Shown piece after piece: positions 52,604 through 64,000 of a stretch of 64,000 nt of DNA. The notes below the pieces were generated by a model, which made no database searches, had not been told where the DNA came from, and was given only the letters and a program-made list of their open reading frames with translations. This DNA is from Balamuthia mandrillaris (Eukaryota): NCBI GenBank assembly GCA_031835245.2, contig JAVKOQ020000038.1:1-64000 (forward strand), given 5' to 3'. Position 1 is the first letter of the stretch; each line of letters starts with the position of its first letter. The position numbers were made by a program, and so were the translations under genes.

Positions 52604-54182
52604 TCAATCGGAAGAAGAAGAAGAGCAGAAAGAGCGAGAGTAATCAGTGAACTGCGCAACGAGAGCGGGCGTGATGGAGGCCTTTCGTTGCTGATGCTCT
52701 CGCAGCACCTCCAGCAGCACCTCATAGCAACGCTGTTTGACCTGTCCAGAGAGCAACGTCCCGCTGCCGTAATCCCTTCGGATCTGTTCCAGTTGTTCTT
52801 CATCCTCCAGAAAGAAGCTCAGGTAAAGAAATGGAACGTCGACGGTGAGGTCGGCTCCCAGGCGACGGTGCTCTTCTAAAGGGGTTCTGCCTCCCGACAA
52901 AGCTGTGAAGATCTTTCTTCGAAGCTGTTTCGGTGTGTCGTCGAGGAAGATGACAGAGTCGGGATGACTGGCGCTCATCTTGCCTTCATGAAGAGGTCCT
53001 CGCAACGAAGGAAAGAACTTGGAATGAATCAAAGCAGGCTTTTTGAAGGGTCCAGGGTCTTCTTCCTTTTCTTGGTCCTTCTCTTGATGCTGCTTCTTTG
53101 TTGTCGGTGTCTTCTTTTTCTTCGTCTTTTTGCTCTGTTCTTGTTCAGCTTCCTCAGCTTCAACGTCCAACAAATGAGCATGGTTCAATTTTCGGGTGAG
53201 CTCTCTGGTCATACGGAAGTAAGGGTCCTGGTCGATGCCACAAGGGATCAAGCACTTCCTGTGTATGCCCCGTCGCAGCTCCTCCCCAAACAAGAACGGA
53301 AAGGAGGAGGCAAAAGCCGGCGCTGCCTGAATGGCTGGAAAGGCCGTTCGACCGACGTTGTCCGAAGCCACAACCCCAAACAAGGCCCTCACCTGGCTGT
53401 TCAAAAGGGCACGCTGGATGCGGACCACGTTGGGGTACATCCCCACCAGCCCCATGTGGTCCAGGTTGTTGAAGATGAGGGTCTTTTGGGGGTCAAAGCC
53501 GCAGGCGATGATGTCCCTGCGATTCTCCTCCAGGTTGCGACGGATCTGAGAGAGGGTGAGGTTCTCTCTGAAGAGGTACTTCTCGTCGTCGGTGAGCTGA
53601 ATGACCACCGGCACGTCGAACAGCTGTTGGAGGTAGCGAGTGAAGAGGAAGGGGAGCAAGTGGCCGAGGTGCATGGAGCGAGAGGACGGCCCTCGGCCGG
53701 TGTAGAGGTAGAAGGTGGAGGGACCATCACGGCTGGCCTCGTAGTCGTCCAGGAGGAGGTCCAGGTCCTTGTGGGAGTAGAAGATGCCGCGTTTGAGGAA
53801 CGGGTGGAGGGGCTTGCCTGTTCTGCGTAGGGCCAGCTCCTCCAAGCGATGCAGCAGGGCGGGGTCGATGGGTTTGCAGCCAAATTGGCGGATCAGCTTC
53901 TGGTAGTCGATGCTGCCCGCCGAGCAGGTCACGCCTTGCGGGGTCACGCGATACCGGGATTCTTCTTCCTCCTCCGGTCGTTCCTCCTCCTCCTCAATAG
54001 GCAGAGGGGAACCCTTGGGGGCCTCCTCCGTTCCTCCAGCCGCTCGTCGTTCAGCAGGCACGCCAAACGCACGACCGCTGCTCCGTGCCGCCCGTCTGTC
54101 GACGAGAACAGGCCTCGGTCAAAGTGCTGCTGGTGGTGGTGGTGGCGGTGGTGGCAGCAAAAGTATCCGCTTGGTGTTGCAT
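52604..54182 (-). CDS. WARS: Tryptophanyl-tRNA synthetase, cytosolic/archaeal type, intronless; 5' end appears frameshifted
   Basis: IDYQKLIRQFG, RGIFYSHKD, YLYTGRGPSSRSMHLGH, IQLTDDEKYL, CLIPCGIDQDPYFR, KMSAS, SGG, LLSGQVK. The open frame starts after an in-frame stop at 54119-54121; the nearest ATG (54182) is in another frame. Confidence 0.9.
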
Positions 54183-54526
54183 TGCTGTTGTTGTGAGGGT
54201 GCGTGTACACGAGTGTGAATGAGGTTGGTTGGGTTGTGTGTGGAGAGATGTTGGTGCAAAGGTACCAGTTTTTGTAGGTTGTTATGGTGTCGACAATCGG
54301 AAAATTCCCAGAACGAAAAATTATGTCGACGTTGAAATTTCTCGTCGATGAGGATGATGTCACACCTACCTACTTAACTAATAGGTTGACTCATTTCTAA
54401 AGGGCGGAATTTTCCTTTTCCTGCTGAGGAAATTGAAATTTTTGATTATGGGAGGGACGACATTTTTATCATTCTTCACCTTGTCGGCAAAAAGTAAGAA
54501 AGCGCCAGCTTGCAGCAAAGAGCAAA

Positions 54527-56344
54527 ATGAACCTGGCACGACGTAGCGGCTGCTCTTCCGCGCTGCGAACGAGCGGCAGCAGCCACAACGTGAGGCTGGC
54601 CCGCCACCATGGGACTGCGTTTTCACCTTTTAGGTTCACCAGCGTGCGACGGTTCAGCAGCAGCACTCCAGGCACGATGCCCGGAAGGCAGGGGCGTTGT
54701 TGGCCGCGCCGATTGCTTCGTGGCGGGCTGTTGGTGGCCACTGCGGCCGCAGCCACTGCCTTTGCGCTGGACGTCTTTCTCACGGACGAGTGCAGCACGG
54801 ACATGTCAGCTCTGGCCTCTCCCATCCACGAGGGCCTCTTGGACACCTACTACAGCCGTTCCCTGCGGCCAGGCCAGCTCAAAGACCGCCCCTCCGTCGC
54901 TCCTCTTTCTTCCTCTTCCTCCTCTCCCTCCAAACAATCGAATGACGACATCAACGTGGACGTTTGTGTAGTAGGAGGTGGCTTGACAGGCGTGGTGACC
55001 GCTCTGGAGTTGGCTGAGCGAGGCCTTCGCGTGGCCGTCCTAGAGCAGAAGCGCGTGGGAGCCGGAGCCTCGGGCCTCAACGGCGGCTTTGCCATCAATG
55101 GATTCCAGCTGGAGGGCATGGACCTGGTGGAGGCCCTCGGCGGGGACGAGGACACCGCTAGGCGCATGTTCCAGTGGACGGTGGAGGCCCAGGAGCGTCT
55201 CCGCCGCAGGATTGACCAGTACAAGATCGACTGCGAGGTGCAGGACGGAGGCTTCCTTACCGCCTCCTTCCTGCCCAACGCGCAGAGAGAGGCTGAGGAG
55301 GAGGTTCAACACCTCAACAAATCGTTTGGCACCAAGCTGGAGGTCTGGCCAAAGGAGAAGGTGAGGCAGCTCTTCAAGTCGGAGGTCTACCATCATGGTG
55401 TCTTCGAGCCACGCACCTTCACTGTCAACCCTCTCAAGCTGGTGTTGGGTCTGGCTAACGCGGCCGAGGAGAAAGGTGCCTCCATCTTCGAACGCAGCAA
55501 AGCCGTCAGCATTCAACGTCAAAACAACAATCCATCTTCTGCCTCTACTCCTACAAAAGAAGAAGGTAACAGCAAAGAAAGAAAGTACGTCATTCGCACA
55601 GCCTGGTATGATGGCTACGACCCCAACACCGCCAAAGAGAGTACTGGTAGGACCATCCACGCGGACGACGTTGTCCTGGCAGGTGCCGCTCAGCTCAGCA
55701 GCCGCCTCGACTGGAAGGTAGCTCGCAGCGTGGCCCCTGTTTTCACCTACATCCTCGTTACGGAGCCGCTTCCCGGCGGAGAGGAGGAGCTGCAGCGCCT
55801 GGCCATGGCCTCCCCTACCTTGGGCCTCTGCGATGACCGCTTCGCCCTGAACTACTATCGCCCGCTGCCAGGAGGTCGCATTCTCTGGGGCGGCTTTGCT
55901 CAGACCTATCCCATTTCCACCGCCAAGCTCAAAGAGGACCTGGTGAAGGACCTCTGGAGCATCTACCCCCAGCTGGAAGGGAAGGTCAAAGTCGAAACAG
56001 CATGGGGCGGCACCTTGGCGTTTGCTCTGAAGTTCCTGCCCATGATTGGTCGCAAGCCAGGGGAGGATGGGGTTTGGTACGCCACTGCGTTTGGGGGTCA
56101 TGGCTTGGTGCCCACCAGCATGGCCGCAGAGTTGATCGCCAGCGCCATTGCCAGCCGGGGCAAGGATGAGCGCTGGCGGGTGTTCCAGGAGAACGTGCCG
56201 TTGAGGCACGCTGGCTGGCCGTTTGCCCGTGGAGCGGCGCAGGTGATGTATTGGAGCCTTGGCCTGCGGGATCGGTGGAACATCTGGCGATATGGTTGGA
56301 AGAAGGAGGAAGAAGCAAATAAGAAAGAAAAAGGGACGGCTTAA
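54527..56344 (+). CDS. FAD-dependent oxidoreductase (DAO family, OrdL/PuuB-like) with mitochondrial-type presequence, intronless
   Basis: VDVCVVGGGLTG..ALELAERG..VAVLE; GASGLNGG; NPLKLVLGLA; YYRPLPGGRILWGG; AWGG; WYATAFGGHGL; Arg/Ser-rich N-terminus. Confidence 0.9.
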   Translation: MNLARRSGCSSALRTSGSSHNVRLARHHGTAFSPFRFTSVRRFSSSTPGTMPGRQGRCWPRRLLRGGLLVATAAAATAFALDVFLTDECSTDMSALASPIHEGLLDTYYSRSLRPGQLKDRPSVAPLSSSSSSPSKQSNDDINVDVCVVGGGLTGVVTALELAERGLRVAVLEQKRVGAGASGLNGGFAINGFQLEGMDLVEALGGDEDTARRMFQWTVEAQERLRRRIDQYKIDCEVQDGGFLTASFLPNAQREAEEEVQHLNKSFGTKLEVWPKEKVRQLFKSEVYHHGVFEPRTFTVNPLKLVLGLANAAEEKGASIFERSKAVSIQRQNNNPSSASTPTKEEGNSKERKYVIRTAWYDGYDPNTAKESTGRTIHADDVVLAGAAQLSSRLDWKVARSVAPVFTYILVTEPLPGGEEELQRLAMASPTLGLCDDRFALNYYRPLPGGRILWGGFAQTYPISTAKLKEDLVKDLWSIYPQLEGKVKVETAWGGTLAFALKFLPMIGRKPGEDGVWYATAFGGHGLVPTSMAAELIASAIASRGKDERWRVFQENVPLRHAGWPFARGAAQVMYWSLGLRDRWNIWRYGWKKEEEANKKEKGTA

Positions 56345-56401
56345 AATATAAAAGAAAAAAGGTTGTGTGCTGTTTGTTCGTGCTTATTGTGAAGGGGAGT
56401 G

Positions 56402-58766
<2,365 letters not shown>

Positions 58767-58870
58767 CTTTCTTTCTTGCTTTATTGCTAGCGTGGGTTTG
58801 TTTCTTTTCTTTTTCCTTTCTTCTGTTTTTTGCTTTTTGGTCGACAAAGCAAACAGCTCTCTTCTCCATT

Positions 58871-58977
58871 CACTTGTCCAATCTCCTGTCCGTCGACAAG
58901 GTTAATTTTTGTCGACTTATCAACTCTCTTATACACTCACTTGTCCAATCTCCTGTCCGTCGACAAGGTCAATTTTT
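58871..58977. repeat. 40-bp direct repeat containing GTCGAC, 2 copies, 67-bp period, in the RRP7/PSMB2 divergent promoter
   Basis: cacttgtccaatctcctgtccgtcgacaaggt(t/c)aattttt at 58871 and 58938. Confidence 0.9.
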
Positions 58978-59111
58978 GCGGACAAAAGCCTGAGGAGCAG
59001 TTGACAGCGAATTTGTTGTTTTCTGCTGTTGAAAAGAAAGAAAAAAAAAAAGGGTAGTGGAGAAGGAAGAGGCAAGCAAACACAACACAACACACTCAGA
59101 GAGAGAGAGAT

Positions 59112-59723
59112 ATGGACTCTGTGATAGGTCTCGTTGGCAAAGACTATGTGCTGGTGGCCACTGACACTGGCAGCGCTCGCTCCATCCTTCGCATGAAGCA
59201 GGACGAGGACAAGATCGTGGAGCTGGACGGGCACAAAATCATGGGCATGGCAGGTCCCGTGGGGGATCGCAGCCAGTTTGGCGACTATGTGCAGAAGAAC
59301 GTGAAGCTCTACCGCCTGCGCAACGGCATCACCCTGGGCACTCACGCCACGGCCAACTTTGTGCGCGGGGAGCTGGCGGACGCGCTGCGCCGCGCGCCCT
59401 ACCAGGTGAACGTCCTTTTGGGCGGTTGGGACGAGGAGAAGGGCTGCTCCCTCTATTTCATCGACTACCTGGCGGCCATGCACAAGGTTAACTTTAGCAC
59501 ACATGGCTATGCTGGCTATTTCGTGTTGAGCATCCTGGACAAGCACTGGCGCAAGGACATGGAGCTGGAGGAGGGCTTGGCCGTGGTACGTCGGTGCGTG
59601 GAGGAGTTGAGGACCCGGTTCATCATCAACTCGCCAGACTTTGTGGTGAAGGTGGTGTCGAAGGAGGGCACCAAGGTGGTTCCCTTGTACGAGGAGGACG
59701 CTAAGGAGAAAATGAAGGAGTGA
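59112..59723 (+). CDS. PSMB2: Proteasome subunit beta type-2 (beta4), intronless
   Basis: MDSVIGLVGKDYVLVA..ARSI..MKQDEDKI; GDRSQFGDYVQKN; ANFVRGELA; PYQVNVLLGG; LYFIDYL; HGY. Confidence 0.96.
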   Translation: MDSVIGLVGKDYVLVATDTGSARSILRMKQDEDKIVELDGHKIMGMAGPVGDRSQFGDYVQKNVKLYRLRNGITLGTHATANFVRGELADALRRAPYQVNVLLGGWDEEKGCSLYFIDYLAAMHKVNFSTHGYAGYFVLSILDKHWRKDMELEEGLAVVRRCVEELRTRFIINSPDFVVKVVSKEGTKVVPLYEEDAKEKMKE

Positions 59724-60202
59724 GTGAACATAGCAAGCCACGAACCACCAACGACGCTTGACGGCAATGAACACGAAAAAAAAAAGCTCACACTACCTCT
59801 GTTTTTTTTGTTATGTAAGTGAACCTCTCAAGTTTTTTTTAAAAAAAGAAAAATTTTTATCTTTTTAACCTTGTGGCTCTCTTCTCTTCTTTTCATCGTT
59901 CTCTCCTCTTCATCGTTCTCTCTCCTTCTCCCCTTCCTCTTCTTCTCTCTTCGGCTTTGCGAGGGAAATAACAATGTAGGTGATGGGTGTCGAACGTGCG
60001 CAATGCTGTCCGTTTCTGTCGGTTCGGCAAAGAAAGAAAATTCGCTTTATATATGCCACTTCCACTATATAAAAAAAAAAACAACACACAAAACCGTTGC
60101 TTGTGACACCCTTCAAGCAACCGGGAGGGAACGGGTCTGAACTTGAACCTACCCCTGCAAACAAAGACGAAACAGGCAAGGATTTTGAACAACAAAAAAA
60201 AA

Positions 60203-61981
60203 ATGAAGCGCATAAGCAGTTGCCTGTGGATAGCAGCTGTTGCCGTTTTGGTTATCGCCTTCTGCGCCTCGCCCTCCGACGCTCAAACCTTGCCCCTCAC
60301 GCCATGGGACAACACTAACCCTCTCTACTACCACAACGCCACCTGCGACGGCTGCGAGGACTCTGTCTGCGAAGACGCTGAGGGCAAGAGGTACCTCTGC
60401 ATAAAGCTCACCGCCCCCATTCGCCTCCAATGGAACATAACCACCGGCGTTCATGGCGTTGAGTATCGAACGGCCGACTGGGCCGCTCCTGGAGGGAGGT
60501 ACTGGAGCGGCCTCCAGCTGCCCGACTTTTTGGTGGACGGCCAGGTAATCATTGTGAACGATGGAGAGGAAAGCAAGCTCCTGGAATACGTCTTCACTAG
60601 AGGAGGAGACTTTTGGTTCTATGACCCTATGGACCCGACTGTACTAAAAGCGCGTCTGGAAATAGGTGCCTCTTTTTTCTTTCTGCTGTCGTTTTGTTTG
60701 CTTTGTTGCAACTTCGTTTTGAATGTTTGCTGTTTCTGTTCTTTTTCTTTCTTCCTTATTTCTTTGTGTGTTATACTTCAAACGAACAGCGGATGACCCA
60801 ACGCCTGCCGAAGATGACGACGAAGACGGTGTGGACGTCTACAACAACATTCTCAACTGGGTGGTTCTGGTGCTGTTGGCCCTCTCAGTGGGTGGTGCTG
60901 GCGCCACCATCCTCACCTTCACCATCTTCCGAGACATCCGGACCTATCCCATCAAGCTGATTACCTACTTGTGCGGTTGCATCGTCTGCGCCAACCTCTT
61001 CTTCATCTTTGCATTTGAGGATCCCTTTTTGGAGAATAACGCGCTCTGCTTCGTCACGGGCATCATCGTGCACGGTTTCTTCTTGGCCTGCTTCTTTTGG
61101 ACCTTCTGCATTGCCTTTAACTTTTACCAAATGATTGTGAGGCGTAACCGAGAGCCGCAAACGTTGGAGAAGTGGTATCACCTCATCGCCTGGGGCTGTC
61201 CGCTGTTCTGCGTTTTGTTTGTGTGTGGGTTCAGGCAGTATGGTGACACAGGATCCAGCTCTGCGTACGTTCTTTTCATTTCCTAGTCTATTGTTAGTAC
61301 CTCTCATGTCAGTTTCTGACGGTTCTCTTGTCTTCTCCTATAATGTGCAGATGTTATATAGGAGACGCTCTCTTCATTTTCCTGTTCTTTTTCTTGCCTG
61401 GGCTCATCATTATCTCCGCCAATACCATTCTCTTCTTCTTTGTGGCGCGCGAGATCCACGAGACCCTTGCCTCTGCCCCCAAGTCCGATAAACGGGAGCG
61501 CAACAAGGAGTACCGGGTCTACCTCTCAATCTTCGTCTCCATCGGCCTTTCCTGGGCCTTTGGCTTCCTCATGATCATCTTTGAGCAGGAAGTTATCTTC
61601 CTCATCTTTCTGACCCTCTTCTCCGTTACTACCCCCTTGCAAGGTTTCCTCATCTTCATCTTCTACTGCCTCAACATGAAGGTGCTGAGCAAGTGGTTGG
61701 GACTCTTTAGCTTCATTCCTCTGTGCAAGACCTGGTCGGGAAAACTCGACCCCAACACCCGAGGCGCCACCGCTTCGGGCAGTCGAGGGGCCACCCGATC
61801 CTCTCGCTCGCAGAGACAGAGCAGAAGACATGGATCAGGCTCATCGACCTCTCTGTCGTCAGCGGTCAGCACGGATGTTTCATCGAATTCATCAATGGCT
61901 ACCAACATGTCCATGGATGTGGAAGAACCGTATAACATGTATGAGGACAAATCATCAGAGGATGAAGGATATCCTGGTTGA
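60203..61981 (+). CDS. 7TM GPCR (secretin/adhesion-like 7TM, amoebozoan type) with signal peptide and short ectodomain, 3 exons
   Basis: Signal peptide; seven hydrophobic segments; C..TGIIVHGFFLACFFWTFCIAFNFY; YHLIAWGCP; TM7 PLQGFLIFIFYCL; Ser-rich tail. Confidence 0.88.
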
Positions 61982-62291
61982 TGAGGACAACCCTGTGGAT
62001 GGGTTTGAAATGGGCATGGGCTGTTTTGAAATGAACTTGGATTGTTTAGATTGTTGATGGGTTGATTTGCAATGAGTTGGCATTCGCGTCGTTGGTGCTT
62101 AACCCAAAGTGGTATTTTGTGGTGTTGATACATCCTCTGGCACCTTCTGCGCAGCTTCCGGGAAGCAGTCCATTGAATGAACGCATAGTCTTTGCTTTCA
62201 GTCCAAGAAACAAAAGTTTATAAGGTATGAACAATCTTGGTTTTATTTTGTTTCTAGTTGGTAGTTTTGGTGCAATGGAAAAGGATGAAGC

Positions 62292-63188
62292 TTACCATTG
62301 TGAAGGCTCTCCAGCCATGAAGGTGAACAAGTGTTTGGGCAGGAGCTGCTCCACCTTCAGCGCTTCTTCCGGCACTCTCTTGTGCAGCACTTTGGAGCAA
62401 TAAAAAAAAAAAACGGTTGCAACCAAAATGGTGAGCAAAATAATTGCTAAAAAAAATTAAAAAAAAACAATAATTTTCGGCTTTTGAGAAAAACGCACAA
62501 CTATCAAAAAACACGATAAAAAATCGACGACAACAACAAAATTTTTACCCTTCAGGACGGCATGACAGGCAGCCTCGGCGTCGTCGTTCCACTTGACGTT
62601 GTTCTGGCCGCCGGCTCTCTCCACGGCCAGCCTCAGGAACTCCTCCCGGCTCTTCACCTTGAGGGGCACCCTGGCCGGCTGCCAGCCCTCGTAGTAGGCC
62701 CCGCGCAGGACGAGGGGCAGCTGGGCCGCCAGGTGCACGGCCTCCGGCACGGGGAGGCGGTCGCGGGTGGCCGCCATCACCCCGCGGAACATGCTGTAGG
62801 CCAGGTGCAGGTCCATGCCCTCGCGCCGCTGCTGCAGCTCCTGGGGGGTGAGCCGGCCGAGGTGGCTGTCGCGCGAGCCCACCAGCTCGCTCTCGAACTC
62901 GTTGTAGATGTCCTTGAGCCAGCTGTCCACCTTTTGGAGGTTGGCGTGGAAGAGGTGTTCGGTGGTGTTGGCGAAGGTGGCGCCGTGCTGTTTGTACTTG
63001 TCCATCTTTTTGTCGAGCTGGGTCTCCGCTGCTGGTTGTTGTTGCGGTTGAGCCTGTTGCATTGTCGGTGCGGTCGAGGTGGATGAGAAACGGAGGGGAT
63101 GCTTTGCAAGAGGAAGAAAGAAAGAGGCGGTGGTGTGTGTTCTTGTGAGAAGGGCGTTTGGGTGTTGTCTTCTAACAATGTGATGCAT
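62292..63188 (-). CDS. DUF2267-family protein (bacterial-type) with mitochondrial-type presequence, at least 2 exons
   Basis: WLKDI...AYSMFRGVMAATRDRLPVPEAVHLAAQLPLVLRGAYYEGW.P...EEFL...DAEAACHAVL. Intron at about 62390-62548. The 3' end is uncertain because TGGTAAG could be a further donor. Confidence 0.82.
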
Positions 63189-63775
63189 CCACTTTCAAAA
63201 AAAAAGAAGATGAAAGAAGGCTATCTTCTTCTGTAATAGAGGCTCTCTCTGTTGGTTGGTTGGTTGGTTGGTGAGCCCGAATGACGGTGGTGGGGAAAGA
63301 ATCTATGCATGCTCAGGGAAGAAGAAAGGTGGGTGACCCATACAACCAAGAGGAGGGGCAAGGAGCCAACAACCGCTCGTTTGCAGCAACCTTGCCGTTG
63401 GTTTGAAGTCATTTAGCCCTGGGATTTCCTCCCTTTTTATCTTGCCATCTTGCCCAAAGGGGATGCAAGCAAAGCAGCCAAAGGCGATGCCCCAGGGGGG
63501 GGGGAGGGGCATAAGGGGGGAGGACGTGTACACCTTTTCAACAAGGACTCAAAGGGAAAGGTTCTGTCGCGGAGCCGATGCAACGAGCTCCCCCGTTCGA
63601 TGCCCCGGAGACTGGAGGACTTCTTTTATCTTTTGGACTTTGGACAACTCAAGAATTGGAGGAGAAGAAGAACAAGAAGAACAAGAAGAGAATAGAAGGA
63701 CAGGAGAGAAGAGAAGGAACGGAGAGAAGAGAACCTTGACTCGAGAAACTGTTTCTTTTTCCTTTCTCTGTCCAA

Positions 63776-64000
63776 TTAGGACGAGGATTGTCTGTCTGCT
63801 CGTTCTTTGGCTTTGTCGGACGATTCTTTCGCTTCCTCTCCGGCTGCTTCGCTCAAATTGCTGCTGCTGGCACTGTTGGTCAGTTGCCGCATCGCCAACT
63901 TGCTATAAACGCTGTCCTCCTGCTCCAACAAAAGCTGGTGCGTCCCGCTCTCCACCAACCGGCCGTTCTGCAACACAAAGATAACGTCTGCCGTTCTGAC
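63776..64000 (-). CDS. ABC transporter (ABCB-type) C-terminal end, partial
   Basis: VRTADVIFVLQNGRLVESGTHQLLL...VYSKL..RQL is the typical NBD C-terminus; the gene continues beyond the window. Confidence 0.85.
   Translation of the reverse strand, partial: VRTADVIFVLQNGRLVESGTHQLLLEQEDSVYSKLAMRQLTNSASSSNLSEAAGEEAKESSDKAKERADRQSSS

Noticed and set aside
52604..56344. Bacterial contaminant or endosymbiont insert (two adjacent intronless GC-rich genes)
   Set aside because: TrpRS is cytosolic/archaeal type, both genes have host-like low-complexity inserts and share the host GTCGAC promoter motif, and flanking genes have introns.
58871..58977. Repeat-spacer-repeat resembling a mini CRISPR array
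   Set aside because: Only two copies, eukaryotic promoter context, no cas genes.

Overview
Gene-dense eukaryotic nuclear DNA with short GT-AG introns. About 31 protein-coding genes; I found no rRNA, tRNA, CRISPR array or transposase. An amoebozoan origin (Acanthamoeba/Balamuthia-like) is inferred from the ABP34 actin bundler, a receptor Tyr kinase, ComC-like supersandwich ectodomains and the intron style; this is not verified. Housekeeping genes: PCYT2, PDK1, SERRATE/ARS2, SDH3, AGXT, legumain, TrpRS, RRP7, PSMB2 and a SIKE/FGFR1OP2-like protein. Several genes look bacterial-type (small SET protein, OrdL/PuuB-like oxidase, DUF2267, clan GH-A hydrolase). Most notable: (1) six single-pass membrane proteins appear to share one juxtamembrane beta-sandwich module: a 4-copy tandem array with a CxCC loop, a larger surface protein, and a non-RD receptor Tyr kinase. 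The five non-kinase members all end in VNF-stop. (2) A palindromic GTCGAC motif is strongly clustered, often in pairs, in 7 of 9 divergent promoters. (3) Exons of two array copies are nearly identical while their introns are unrelated. (4) Large intronic microsatellites are always pyrimidine-rich on the sense strand. CDS coordinates are gene spans including introns, with splice sites read by eye. Family names come from remembered motifs, not database searches.
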